Origin: a virus
Lineage: Duplodnaviria > Caudoviricetes
Virus record (IMG/VR): IMGVR_UViG_3300005077_000001
Span: 96,001-160,000 of that record
Direction: 5' to 3' (one strand)
DNA length: 64,000 bases
The notes under the pieces were generated by a model, which had not been told where the DNA came from, made no database searches, and saw only the letters and a list, made by a program, of their open reading frames with translations. The stretch's first letter is position 1. Every line of letters begins with the position of its first letter. Made by a program: the position numbers and the translations under genes. Shown one piece after another: positions 42,001 through 43,009 of the stretch.

Positions 42001-42997
42001 AAAAAACAATAAAGATAAAGCTAATTGGTTTATAAGCACCGAACAGAAAAACCCTGCTATGTTTAGAACTGGTTATATCCCTGCTCAAGAATACGATCCT
42101 ATATTTAGTAAAGGTGGTGGTTTATATTCATATTATCCGAGCCCTTATGGTAAAGGAGTTGATACTGCGGTAATGCAAAATACATACGCAAATAGAACAG
42201 GTATGATGTCTGCTAATTATGGATATACTTATAAACCTAATGCAAATGAGACAGTGACTGTTTCTCCAATGTATTGGTCTAATGAACAACAACCAGTAAA
42301 TCCAATGGGACTCCCTGACTACGGATATGTGTCTGGTGTATCAAAAGGAACTGTTGGTGAACAATGGGATCGCATGAATGCTGCCGGTGCTTTTAGAAAT
42401 GATAGTGAACGATTTGGTGCCTTAGCTGGTATATATAAACAACAAGGTTATTCAGATACCGATATAAATAAAAAAATATATGAACAATTTGGTGAAAAAG
42501 GGCTAAAGGGGCTAGAACAATCACAAGCTACAAAAGTATTTGTTACCAATTTTCCTGATGATGTTAACGAAAGAATGCGTCAAGATTTTGGTGACCTACT
42601 TAATAAAGTAGCACAAAGTATTTCTTCATTACAAGAAACAATTAGCAGTAGTCTAAAAATAGAGTTTCCTCAAGATATGAGTGTGAGAGTTAATAACTTC
42701 AATGATTTAAATTTTGGTGGAGCTGGTGCTGCGGGTAGTAATGAGAAACTGTCTGCAGATGTAGATCAAATTAGATCTGATTTAGAATTAGTTAGAGCAC
42801 AACTTCCTAATGTATCTACAGATTTCCTATCAAATATTGAGGGTACTTTAACTAATCTGACTGATTCTATTACTAGAGAAATAACGAGAGTGGATGCTTT
42901 AGAGACAGTTATAGGAAAGCTTGATGCTAAAAGTAAAGATCTAAATAACAGACAAAATGACACTGAATTATTCCCAAAAGGAGAGGCACCTTTTTAA
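6050..42997 (+). CDS. Giant (12,315 aa) tape measure protein fused to a virion RNA polymerase and multiple enzyme domains (polyvalent protein)
   Basis: Single open frame of 36.9 kb at the tape measure position; TP901-type core plus catalytic motifs listed as separate features. Confidence 0.9.
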   Translation: MAEDYTFNIKINITPEINQSELAKLSSLDKHQKVSTTDMMALRRTISADKPITKQTEDKLFDHMSKLEQRIEQLKQTNVQSYAPVSNISIRNSMESIEKTIDKANRLNEKLLNSQKELGQQFHSSKQMSEELRRSLEQQRQKFVDYVRLNESITKPTQLTTFAGERIQLKPERPLKPMVAPDMFSKEIEKQFQNLLTTAKQDLAKEILKFKYAFNDRLGDITSSLQEVGYSSHMKALDQVNKVKDLLDQVTSSEDLKVVVDNFKSKSKQMQKDIVDMRYMIDKASTDFGTELGKEIDNIRKSFQNFYRDFVFTFGKPNFFEPAGPMFRDVASQSMRRGERSPIGGRYVGDPRIKFDQYGAAQYNITDVKALGQTLLDLLKPNYLAKAFDLKNVDKALQNQINDYFTKNNISKKLETLISYSIPDLKSIHQDIVDTISKHLEKTMDNGKINKMVDKYMQDVLSATEKSLKIPSIAKSPRGAGIIRDVERGEYLTMGQYLSVQPSINRLYDQYINPMFKMLSRTGIEQSKLPQDLKNLRKLVKDYWARSKSFEGTEGVGVGTELASAEIIDRVKGSFKMMEDYLKKEKGSKSIRYINEIEKLRNNFMEEYDKALRESIRTTMERVFKESLIRGDVKLPSNLEKKYRSELQQYIGKGVRTYLLPDDIQKVIKDHSKEIEKKVNAIGNINLETTLNKLSKEEERIFGKNDYSVRPKQRVMEEFGKYYPTDVYKLMMQVTRSMQGQLNELQKIRNSLSAAGSKGNDSYFRELLEQHFRRVFDPVKERIPEEHEAMQKHEVYGRYRTITLQPKLPSIAEGESSYGVPVDLQAERRFIVQRNLEMEELFEKEYIRGIKDLEKRLGPTIRMLSTIGLNEAAAAGKRVFGQDFGKEFLESFLKNRKVHPFSSYDPRETEAFGQSINPSRPTGAAWLSLAGPEFNAIRSARSHQMISRGEWGPYGTGLNVVTALKDVSQGYEDVFEIGKRLKEIATFKFKKMVVPNLKGNEDELVNSIKNYLETVGSDIFGKPIKIKELADEVFVKDIAKRWAKGKEGSIEENVLTLLESFVGHEARKLSTGQVLKGVGASIFSKYGDDLEQSIINKFVKGMKPRIKFGDVGILKGVPKSFEELFTEIINSSRLNLDPAKIDKAKELIKGTQNLPMLSSKHLSQFNVYPVEYGTGKIMGTQGSLSLEQRKKYLFDMLGIPMSDISTAKSISKQIELLGNDMQKVRDLYKSTVGGGLTKDVPIDLRIAASSIGKKSRLIGGNVAEVIANNIIGNIRSAPLQGETIVDQIIRQPLAKIITDTKATGEDARKLASLYKDVLGLRGKYGEEFLSESQGRVEKTMAGMMHMMIMKEPKQYIPKGAAEIEAGRSKLTIDPHAWVGLKKLFDEENSALLKEINLNSVPDARTAGALLSSFRSFSKKREAELMEELSKNKIGLLNRESLLNPNYTNYVSPLERGSLSADLGGTIFDPMHLPKPILLEMPKPNEELRKRIEKDIKRRIENREQALPLRDYIEIPEISGRQVLVNETGEVMPTSTSRYMSELIESTRKYHQLQDVSKDPKIMDIQRKALTDFISDSYNQIHAERNLDIKKKMIKHFEDQVLPVIGSLPMPLYSSESNLILGKEGPELPTIYSRVGADSKTKLEKEISKGITIQDAYNRYITKITEGSEASRLNYMARFLRNTIASPVIYSKSPQLIGQQVSREILPEGDKEFVTKTLLSDKNVQNLVTKFSALKPEYDKNKQLTGLYPQNIIDEQVLLARRNAYDFYRELTNSIFGKSGVISDTLLKKKVPGLYLTAQSRPYDPTDAMKSGVELLNKYSSEIENSDKLKEDLRQQLDAVQKFKKENPLAWIKRDEVRIGERDLRELQKAGQATPELQKQVKDVYAIIHRQPSTDEFSFKSMKLKIDDMQKDLSGVAVVPGLPLGDYDAMRAMENTYKALEGVRSKQTSQVEELYKLGKTETDPVVRRLRKSIEEIDKAVRDLIPIYHEQQQNLDFDGDMIALHAATLKNTNDELEKINIEQTLRTGDTRRFLYEDFSKVMAEKWSLGKKGDKPSDEELAVFKNFAPSLSSQWNSMDVTQQFTDKAKKDLLKFHGTDAPTVAEDALKHFVHKIDMGQVYEQFNRIGLSYRGLSAEEAGLTPKMSENYNLLLAEFLRYVVQKAIGGKHGSEGADLAPMVQKAFFTGNLDFLAGKGKNALFGEQEEALTKYRMKYLKPLSLAELQKEAESYGIDPGVKNREQLIKEIVKKTSFRSMFENVFDTIKRLTLANIRELYEKGAIGDISLSKKGRLGTAKYLSGQYNKSIDELYDTLKVSFKDGNLNITMGNKDITQDVINRVSKDIGVELSPKEAAFRLAAHGEGLYSAIVGEPGKTQKRILDYGPSTSQLSKGLQPLYVLKSSGGADLATNRYLKYKPGFTSEYMPGGPEAGYAEIVDSILRNRMGANIPIDDALGTFSKIGGSKNFVSPVIKIYDEFKDTYDKLMSVMTDDIYKIEGLTKQTKSFNREMDGFAGNMAKAGVKAFYNKEENQLYLSSQIKSDFDESLNKYALGKTDKEKAEARESLSKAAQEIKEVLSYAAAHKYIQASNSDLANSIRANITKYADPKSNQSLKVDTLIERLVSLHQYTPIIVKWLELIGKPELVSQPKITIARELSKHPQIRKEALEEEVASLLSGSGGFSTGIYPLFKYRKKINPFNELLFGLASKQPVQMQAFYPLTSESWSNKMSDMQYNLNSGEWYDIFKGHPSLRDIELPSGMTSYKDVFSFLRSMKKYGGSKGATHYLNSIIKDRNRSLLENMGIGIPEDWDKMRLWATEPLVQGGISEAATTTSWPFLPYPSNIKLPIDTPTGRARRSIESIYSKAFDLSRKDWTNVFKDFDKPLADEIQSLPKDTNVIEHLQDTGMYGQNKGYTRYINMIFKRRMEQLLKSLGEEVPEFYDMRFQKAKQEFLKVLENRAKQGKGFGWLWGPSTGGTWGGDKFGPEEAYGDNPPANIIKRWQMQSFSPADYPHIKPIFDYPKFLETDAALQYKSHGHQIKLSAVPLRWGNIEIGYGTKNKPLDPDKANAIYKPFIEQVNEELVPKLKDKVKEIHHRIDLFGEWGGKKDKLLWFDAKIGNKPLSVDQFKELASSLGLKTPDELYRGKVTKQIVEDVFREKPPFTELEEGVVAKALERKKGDWYDMAKFKTKPYLVNEENRYPWFDEKSAGENIERKMKKVLDYQLKAFSPLRKPKGTQLEEGMYPEEWPTIEVSKKRAEQYLKGLDDKFYRPAEEASMYKKGTEFLVKAAGLSDIPSVVKDAVVLSQEELKNSIFGKDMPKLPYDPVLVLNTRKQKPLYPEAVPISKEAGFMFPETSEPGQVGRFVLHKHDALRAGPHHDLRFEVGGQLQSFAIPQLVPTDKGKIRLAIGPTAHHSLDYYEKGDYEIPKGFYGAGRMRTMDVGTAVLESFKPDHITVKLTGVRGLADGTYSLVKFDPKGEKPKQQQWLFQKIRDIEERDPVRFAEIYTDKVEKEQDKTLNKLGDKYRDFLSPLTKYEEKTYSNYPTLELDSYFNAPGQMRGRYSKGKIRTGKPRNMEEMRALLATYDHEVGHAAIEKSYPDIAENIMSGKAVFPGVHMDKIRGYFAAKYGGDRGEGEDPAIKALEEAIAGTREEDQDILNELSKLRDESFGKAGMVPIDPNALQELKYIRRSFSPTQKQDFAITVDLNDDKGALSSLSSSLQSLVRRSISKAYGPYELHVDAASRGNPGPAGAGGIITSPRGGVVTSFSKPIGDMTNSMAEYVGLILGLQEAYQKGIRSLEVISDSQSMVNQLLGTYKTRSQNIIPLKARVDQISSKFGNVDFQWKPRTFLSDADKLANETLDSAHNKINPDDAVKRVKNLIDTKQIKTNDTLFKTAYSKDKYMDYLSKGFAVGMLANDDIYMPSGIVEKFKKDYSKNTPDLQSVSEAILRTYSHERTHKDINTAPSNIYRKYKSLAIDPRYSNAIESFIHEVIQGPSKDIYLRQFERAQIKSGERPGDYVSSPAARWEALQELIAGHPEMKSASAYNKDISLIRSSFYRDLSRESIQHYAPGRKAKEKPDFKSKDYIKMVGASAGGYEVGNILSSMLSLDDIKNLYSLMNELTGLDPLRVKGSDPEKSKSLRDKIEKLRSMTGSRGAMPGEEQAAKERIRVLEERLKELGGNENRLETLHGITSTALPFAGAAIGAGVQYATTGLFSEKGIPRSSWANLAAAGVGSVVGAGGLPLLLNKLPWAVPHLPWHLIGAGAGALGGYGLLQLYRKLSNKPTKQSYVPTSIGTPIEGKLGWSTDSGFFKVGAEGSIGLPPLLGMSGDEYLEKDINTLFNPEVRQSRFVGLPQRLVDRIDPRISGLLRSSLSSDQLFNIGANVGVGPISLGFESNLGSYNLGSLPYESRLKPRISLREKNLDEFSTDYLNRKPGIHPHYKQGISSALEMMSPMGSSDFLDIILSGTDMLDDLLLRMPKLKGPKVKQTNRIFNLTRDITPETPIKEQALSLKEVHDQLRKGWVAIKEGIDQFPGSTLTTPSFSVSSIKDFFSNQWKGLKNAINTFSSFTPTKNLRNEINSLRSGPIDNTILQKIIGLEEEVIGRRIGILKSISSYNPRRRAELENIFKYANTFKPGYQFDVQGPGGWEKIFFEEYLKRGGKETSEVHVAARELNKMGINNSQQLRALQNIVGPGKAYETIESVTPIPVGQRVANDAFSLIKTVPSSIKNAGTFMIDAFKDIGSFISTFVKGKDASGQVFNRSAYFSNVISELQDTPERYSTITGTLLKNPKADTVYSPKIMGHLVELAKSSVYRPLNALGMGLGKFIELDLDNNIEPGVKGLWKNYITNQSGADIKSGLNRLFGWKGGVVNTTTENLRNIKDSTIGAAKVFSKEYGPSRTWDLLKSFYTVPAYGVGEAMQGVGGAIKSGNILDIAKTVGYTGFQALPFLGHVVSGGFELRDQLRQGHRLIPSIIGTSAKESITYGTTGLGMTAGEAVMRALSNSMGPRGKALMSVVGLIGGGIAGGAFGGRIGGIAENLVFKLFGEKPDDHQKIQSWKDRKKQLEDEKNSLVAVTPDRSYAPVSSLERPWITPAEIRGSIAPNLVGKPLDAYIKSFKQLQAEASENIRTSDVNKSQKALIKTTSDFYLNRVIESRNELEAAENNQSPKYVVDQIKKQIDEYMIKYVSNVISASMTGEIHPLSDPYRVKKTGGFVGVDDAKAVALGRSPSFEKVVNPENFYVSGMSNLSKNIIGSMRDLSVSNISPNSVYKELINTLFTTSTDIPKDLSNIHAYLKMYTSELGKNPNIDVNRLRYWKSLEELFRTPAKSIRQYGRFDFQGFGSIESNAPVEELSPTQNRGSKFWRGMSIFGGALVGANALGMNPFVAPVGMVAGGIFGNYLYNRHLAKKQKQEEEVVDVQSNAPVSDTRSYLKLILGELAGASIGGVLAALASGGNPLFTSLGAGVGLYAGNKLTKKYVIPQEMDIQSAAPINMGGLPIDMQFKQNQLMLDYYKKMIASSSSIKEGTIIPIDLKVKDEAGQVLSNIRADLKKTSNSAEGVITTFTDLNKVLAQKNTLWGAIELTSQYVAAGAGVGAVIKEFTNMISTITSVDAAMYGLARLMDPAISNFDKLRSVAFEMSKQYGTSIVEVIESMKVYGQQGLKQAEIIDMTRASIMMANVSEMKATEVTELMTSATKQFGDQVRSTMAFVDAWVKVDTEHAITSQQLGQALLRVGAAAKTAGMSFHELNGVVTAIGSVTRQTGREIGTSLRFILRNIETSAVKNKLRDLFQIDTLLPSGAIKPAFALLGELQQKWGTITNAEQMNLAQMIAGARHYNAFTVLMNNFQEALEATSDSLNSKGDAEKRNYILMQSLEKKMQQLRGAASELYTEFGKLALGPMKFMADSTKALIEGFTSLPDSIKTSVMAIGAFTVYASKIERITSILGGIGEASGLSGIVNTFGQFSISPISSIIYSFDSLKGVNSLSQVNTTLGKMLFLIKSVADSFLHAGASAFSFVHTAARLTSLFSIGAFISSGFNPTALLPLLVTRGPVLGWGARRMSNLMNQGTEGILEKVSSPTGLLGIGLTYVLTRLAGLNTGMLSREGMGIGDTIKQLFIGPEAELNRYKEQTVQIGGASTRISYLSDVLKSYTALKGQYKSLSEIGVKLGTPEGITSEAERTLSSFGEETGFKPYMVRLYEFNKLQEEAKRKAGSLIPSLVSGFDLFGNSILQVNKNFRTNIESMDELLKKIQDFEKIHLAGLQIDKLFPEASFGQTFRNTLKGLVGTLPFMGETWAEKIFPATPYQKQQSILKDISRYQGMQNAALATGLPVPPFITDTLKNLNNKLKMVNSELDSELAKIKDTIADLNVKTPKEVLSVLSDTKFGKYLEVYGGRNMDVLNAVAGYRGISTRDLQKQLVQDTTKYEYMHIDKQPGIASILSFPAFYGFSRILSKVVEHFTSLSLASSNLGKALLLATSAAASYHFFGTPEHYSLMKSRPTVEDTLTPAINNVKNLLPYITAIGTYKALGAIGGGGGTIPQRIVGGLARLGVSYYMYGVGGRLAEGIPNLPTESDRVRGIKNEIAQRQAWELAMGKLGIAKEAIYGPPGTLGAMLPLNVIAAQNPLGRYAVRTTALNEEDRKLAEKRMFSGPGWNGGAYGVGAGWVGKVLEEELNKLSGVSEGDVVMMAELTDVAKKRENIVNNLLPLIYRRNKAGEVVPTVQAQREGEIQASEIQIKPEDLKFLYSRGPGAAVDMRTAYDQLRRTLIGGAGAGKYWTLSGAEKLQMGVDFIWQVHGYDKAITNLSKTSLVIHEIEKQLQAFSKEQIETARAQNDLNKVMDVIFEHRKLTFLVRMNQEWENLKNTIGEIDFKRQMSDVDEFATMLEKRAAIGLKSISAGLPPQVPMVASWSQLSPEEQKSVLSPEYTGTAKLAWEVQKYQTDTAAKLRATLRTEQTGVALYEQLKEDLGPNLNVALSGRTRRALQSDFGSKVSPDRVFSEIQRNLLSANLTEQMKVNQGAFNLSNQELVNTVATNMSQVREIQKRVAEGAKDPKILEMEADLRTRNAQMWVNELKNRQSVSPEDFSGVSKELLEGFIHEMETEAKKPLPFSWWRLLNPWASNEPAMQAQKAKDLLAARPESTFDKPIEMLGSIASLWVGEKVAGLMFKQTGPAGLEQLVKNMDKSKTWEREVMLTQSQFLRDIAENTGKLAGTPSQSYGPGTVPGRGSYSVLSSGLQLAGATAGGFLLYSLGQRLSQSTSTVGSAIGSLINLLFKTANATGTFGKWLGRLGPIMSGLATAYVAHQSGIGKVDSLIGGALNAGSAALGGIGLGLIHPALAIPGGVLGSMVGSGLSDLYYRIRGYDLNAIKGVEGQAASPGQELTNPYANMQSIQANVPDSMYSTLARIATTGLVAGAVKSNVFDVYSEYRKRGMEEEVGAFQLTAVAQLIGRDKNVNTKFKEFIESKDLKNKDELSNFIKQAEKEMGLGKEPANRENFQTDLQKFINNLVSQLKETPEFLNEFAESISFTMAKMNEFAEGLRSVSTTLGGLHAISRTVPYELEANAPRFGFLAGRGGPEISREKELWQLSPTDLFKLRDTQGLYTKYVTVQKQLSESGNSWVKAVEDYNKQQRDMAAPILGIRYELNKTKRNVDPKYREFIDDLAKFVENPDRNRAETIDFRKRAVELEEAGIKIKRYNLTWNKIMEGQSPRKQFEAYFSEESANTRIKQLQVESGTASNPEQAKEYAAAAERLRAEVETKKKEEGQSPLSLFRDVMVNLEKEGGLLNTIKNAKEQTLQITKAYIDLNTQIDSEILKTEHLNKLYTTRYELLQSIISLRPGGSIIEEIKRQGPLFGPLAGTTPWSQNVIPENLGKPFSYENYMSVLYPQLSEEMTSIQRRKDAISKAMQTAAQESEKAQTGETFYREALSAVTTGKGPMDILQLQPKGAMLKQAIFEDTKRMREELKESKETKKDYEKQMADLKIPAGFKESDSYKTYMTTKKNIADVESLMPLIEDVKKTGADSSLRLKETLVKTSPEAKKLIESNQLWDMTPEQALNHLKKKLQINQKELAKQQYQGQPVSDIGEKLDKYEKLAGYKNIRQARIEQLEEDISKKQEEVDIVNLLSSSDLSKIDQGVIDYINAKIKTYADQAERASKDETMFHADGNNLIKESMSKVMQVLGKSIKARLFALSDQLNYEFDKIKFTPALELGAMRSPLTGITAGLPLINQPDIGRTWREASSAERVLYSNPGLSMARQELERMTQANISRVEGYMRDRSEAQAQNERIKEQVETFSKSGRLTPQAEEMYKASIEKNNEYIKELNKKIEDLTESIDKSRNSEIASDYRRSMWIDAIRKQLEDLGVRFKESIINFGSDLKSAIRKSPVMGPMAGVAYIGEPPKSPSIWELSAGQLTSIQYPGIYQQGMAAQRQKEAIDVYMKGIETAISQRQSELEMAKTPQDVEKAKTELKELMAKYDEVEAKYGSQIDSLNSTIAELERFNIASEGTKTALEAMYTYLRAIADIKARRDLGYLTSPFSGAMRGVPEANFEIGKNEWELTGREVVAKYSPNLAQGTADWQSSYKALAQEATKVGSARNLALLEARFSGDPKKQEAYLAKATSLDAAYQKMTKSLEEQRPKIEALSERLKGLSAAGEVATKFEQLARQLYVLKETNWGLDYISYQVGMGKFPGSLERARMDESTGMLLPGLGTPGMNYTPIMESRASGYDEFGNVKYEDVPQPMQPGSRLWQEAILHPGKASYYNWLAKEEQTKALQDREDQKLEQQKGIAKQAQTSIVEALYEPSLPEGFREVLNKQRSKLEEDLRRASEIEEVGPDNILKRRGFKSLNDLKGLSDAIKNALKAEDRKLEATYIWMPIVDAIRDLHGALTGERPEGSKEEQRMRAFYNNPEQYYYSKAAQLSQHYMGQEGTSVIENTNLTNTLSSIESKPYSIPVGQYAGYQSKLGSRDTNEILKSILEVLIGCCREGKVGSGRSSGTSDTGKERSPISQDSGSASGSAGVQTFDYGTPDYQKLVPVGNTAYSVGSSTTKSSTSAGSGSVQSWVKSDGTVVGVPKTQVDAMSYLKHRGYPDEKLDDIAERYKRPLPIGDYSTDSVMMAASRAYASTGKYFRPSEAYNSDFDWRVRQEGSLLDIGISRLSDNRFLYSDIKAQMESGKGAGWLDSESRLALILAHAPSLNIGGRQTVIGESNPLSMAFVNLSKARMDQTVAHELFGHGMETLGAAELRGEQGISIGATPRVEYLSKVLELIKSQVGEAPFRTITNQLIKDPQLYPDLFKGQGKEIEDAYAAYVNRYPRGNVPTLELLKMQEKANKLPLDLSPNSSNWSRLTEYMAMFAEGENTPYGIPTETWLRVVRNVSPRHFEGVDKFLSSRFANDNLSDSELMKEYRIAINKIKSEVYTPAHLVEQKEVTQPVVSPIDKTLASIGRIPDLNWKVFSDEFKERNKIGMGDKLTKLFNNVGDSIKKVVLGDDTKVALQKFQGVVGAVEVEENKFTNDLSKALELRSNVISQVQESIGLIKSKRTPLVSSPLIRKDLIGAGPTGVELLENERQTGELVSNIIASNLSKAYQLPFTDRTRKLLSNEQIDMGYKKDLLNLTPTLPMIEENQKDEYKNKLFIPIMKSPYSELARKFSNEAQAHPEVTSEAIPLRNEVFSITKEMAGTGPTDVSLDTNEPVDYTSPAGVIPFVSTQGYQRTLPSSNLPFMMGLFRGRTNEPFKFDGGSSLLPGVDRRVMLPEIKDKYPSMLKAFTNMQSPIYHYKGIAKWNEGKPYINIYNSDKISLEEFLKRAKHEINHLVLYRLYTSLNKEERDYLKTELETTPFSKDFLPDIVDMVIKGAGGFKIGKELLAMSTERGLMSDSPILRRLQEITLSIYKKHEAELKDVHKKTMSGSSSLFDLSTAKYILEDIKSDPLKQSLGAGAEGKIYTSPKYQHLAVKEYAQPIFGYQDWLDRGNEIMQRLHGTSLFPETSLNYDDKKGVFIEIMERLHGETVHNSVGQSGFNKYEVLKDYKQKIYEMLKRKVFPVDSHLNNIFLESSSKKQKFIDLGSLDLGENVEYINEILKDIGVNQYSNYLTNDHSAKIEQSKIAIEAYAGPVVDIQKKMTAGNKKILKEISIPNLERLIPLFKNKTLKDMFQNALDTAKQYAGSPSLLKGPNDFPTFLSGLHPGMAPEQAIDAAMAANKQSIEYLGGPEKAAGFLEGFKTPLLEETQKKIRDIMRGEFGGSSSLTSHFMNSLRRMPQSYEAVKSLHSGVRNLGLQNQVNLFGGGVRDILRGETPNDYDVQVRSQEALDLLRSKMPWDLYKVNEAFDVKSYMLPTRREFLSTLVNELIKHTFLSKTVGRAQTAHQVTQDLNTLLGKDIKREVLDRFGGSSSLFDMSPDFKIDLSKPIIDIPKIPKIPRIPKTGYYPKGNLDTYYDSIFATPEEKRSISWNERFNVDSLVQGPFENLYDDIMRDKYAPRTRPSINFRNLFSAPQFRNIFSNLKDSGSVFFGGTGKAQSTQVELKTSKDIERWLRQFTEAEVMQVAQESHRLTGDLAGRQAPTQETARDYILNILNDIAQREGGKLLAGTGIAKKFLQIIAPDLTPSLFTGQTSEGSIRRGHSFGRPSATFGGGRVSITESVAGTGAEKHEFGEALSDVAIQLLHQRFETGTTSKEQLAYEDLMPLIEKSAPKTAQEIKDQMERKLAYPTEGEKFSEVLADIMGQHQEKLVGNLILKNNITPEEFMDILKPTGKESGYEEFITKEAWHKVLQERYYETPRGEGEGAMPELPRGYKLEKGVGRLGYRTAGAAESLLHVPMIGSPLSLVSAASKLTEGTRFSSPFQIAEEAMMTMRGPLGMAARFPFGMAGIFAGSALGKGQELGEKLNINPLTGTLLASPEELLNFQLFNLGSQAEFFGKTPLSKIGKPIGPTWMHGWGGNLSPELQVKRAIAEAGTLRGGAASLLKTGGSLVKGTVAMEALSPVGESIFGYINERYGKEIDEKLKGIMGEDTYKNFALTTSGIARQFSYIFSKVGEAATSVPGGELASFAISGIRTNMSRLISDRIDTKAIKSAKENIRSLEQQMQDFPTFKPFYEQQIQEKQLNIEASGRSMGDRLLERMMGQRFGEGATSTRVEDIQQRIDWMKKALAGGTLETKPSIPFDLGPLNFINDLLPKPELDDKRKWEEVIPEGARKQLLEREIKKLEAQMQTPTAIGNLPNINDFMYEKTEKIVNMRKERMDLEDELNKLIGEDPMGGQTGPARAGIRNKIADLDKRINQEVQVTDNYYKLITEAQKAQVSSTQPQILAEPAPAQLEPGTEVKPPKEKVMMPGILGDLIKHKYAPQIVALVGMIPKPKVPVKTLADTPKEEIEKALELAKSERGKAYNDYYNSQEYEKNKELMNDILNSKPGSKEWREASERYKHYTTETTSHLNLKESRVFELEKELQKRDEKATEVRKRLKDREKAISDENSEIEKKIRFISKDSRVSEYPQADYFKNRIDTTTEDIEKRRDKNRALLAEYAYNLNQPGFEANATKSEDVLNEKTWNREYGTYEPVRMPKAVPFIKPFDPYEAERAQLNMWGYTPSQLYKKTHPKERTPLRLPGMGFGVVFTAGGAREEGSGGAWDLGSSFMSDQSDYRNAGFGYPKREMDDRTIGALSQAEKARREYMGLLIRAHTQFDSTGSKGSFPAGVQKLLDEAKLKQRYYERRASQFEHNERAVRNGEMVNGKSVTMDTPGYMGMNGDWIYKEHPDDAKLRMDWEERDRIARNRYDQEHFLDGTNILGGAPNETMKENAYLMGLPHDKQQALQQLKQYGYSQDKLNQIGGILQSGKSLKQVGLEGLAQNQQAILDFWKNAKPTSMMSQEEIDRKRNEAELTMQQYNDKLGLSQNNRGWDDKAYGRYIAQNARPEVSHLMVDYYRKRHGMINAREDSFENSREQWEYRRKEVGDLSDEERNARDQRLREGIPNSGDFDRDTWEETKRMQDYYFSKWRKNNKDKANWFISTEQKNPAMFRTGYIPAQEYDPIFSKGGGLYSYYPSPYGKGVDTAVMQNTYANRTGMMSANYGYTYKPNANETVTVSPMYWSNEQQPVNPMGLPDYGYVSGVSKGTVGEQWDRMNAAGAFRNDSERFGALAGIYKQQGYSDTDINKKIYEQFGEKGLKGLEQSQATKVFVTNFPDDVNERMRQDFGDLLNKVAQSISSLQETISSSLKIEFPQDMSVRVNNFNDLNFGGAGAAGSNEKLSADVDQIRSDLELVRAQLPNVSTDFLSNIEGTLTNLTDSITREITRVDALETVIGKLDAKSKDLNNRQNDTELFPKGEAPF
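8850..12560 (+). other. Single-chain two-barrel (DPBB) RNA polymerase region of the giant ORF
   Basis: beta-like GYEDVFEI (8957), RKLSTGQVLKG (9248) and PIDLRI (~9770); beta'-like IIHRQP (11711) and NLDFDGD (12023-12043); QKAIGGKHG (12524). Confidence 0.85.
13600..14060 (+). other. Degenerate zincin-like domain 1
   Basis: KAFYNKEENQLYL strand, helix YAAAH in place of HExxH (13769), downstream ALEEEVA. Confidence 0.45.
15050..15610 (+). other. Rnl2-like ATP-dependent polynucleotide (RNA) ligase nucleotidyltransferase domain
   Basis: Motif I YKSHG (K at 15125), III LFGEWGG (15323), IIIa WFD (15362), LGL..P.LY.G, IV EEGVVAK (15524), V AKFKTKPYL (15581), in the correct order. Confidence 0.75.
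16112..16501 (+). other. LigD-type 3'-phosphoesterase (PE) domain
   Basis: FVLHKHDALRAGPHHDLRFE...SFAIP...RLAI...HHSLDY...IPKGFYGAG...WLFQK matches the PE consensus. Confidence 0.9.
16680..16980 (+). other. Zincin-like metallopeptidase domain 2
   Basis: HEVGH at 16787-16801, downstream ALEEAIA. Confidence 0.7.
17231..17614 (+). other. RNase HI domain
   Basis: HVDAASRGNPGPAGAG, NSMAEY, ISDSQ, DADKLAN: all four D-E-D-D catalytic acids present. Confidence 0.92.
17750..18150 (+). other. Zincin-like metallopeptidase domain 3
   Basis: HERTH at 17888-17902, downstream ALQELIA. Confidence 0.65.
18449..18560 (+). other. DUF2786-like short helical domain
   Basis: LRDKIEKLRSMTGSRGAMPGEEQAAKERIRVL resembles the KI.KL..LA.....T.HE...A...A..L consensus. 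Confidence 0.5.
22850..23700 (+). other. Tape measure core (TP901/PhageMin_Tail-like)
   Basis: SVDAAMYGLARL...KLRSVAFEMSKQYGTS..EVIESMKVYGQQG...QQLGQALLRVGAAAKTAGMSFHELNGVVTAI...TGREIGTSLRFIL. Confidence 0.85.
33560..34110 (+). other. Zincin-like domain 4 (HExxxH variant)
   Basis: VAHELFGH at 33710-33727, downstream LTEYMA. Confidence 0.6.
35340..35640 (+). other. Zincin-like metallopeptidase domain 5
   Basis: HEINH at 35450-35464, downstream GKELLA. Confidence 0.65.
35828..36230 (+). other. Protein-kinase-like domain
   Basis: Gly loop GAGAEG (35831), AVK (35882), hinge IMERLHG, catalytic PVDSHLNN (D at 36155), FIDLG (D at 36212). Confidence 0.8.
36863..37070 (+). other. Class II (CCA/poly(A) polymerase-like) nucleotidyltransferase head motif, possibly truncated
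   Basis: VNLFGGGVRDILRGETPNDYDVQV matches the GGxVRD...DxD signature; weak RREF echo of RRDF downstream. Confidence 0.7.
37850..38200 (+). other. Degenerate zincin-like domain 6
   Basis: HEFGE at 37970 (second His replaced), downstream FSEVLAD. Confidence 0.5.
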
Positions 42998-43009
42998 AGG
43001 AGATTTTAA

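Noticed and set aside
6050-42997. Tail length of about 1.8 micrometre from all 12,315 residues
   Set aside because: Much of the protein is globular enzyme domains; only the core and coiled-coil part plausibly measures the tail
6050-42997. Giant ORF as an artefact of stop-codon recoding or gene fusion
   Set aside because: It is open in the standard code and neighbouring genes end normally at TAA or TAG; misassembly cannot be excluded without reads but nothing in the sequence indicates it
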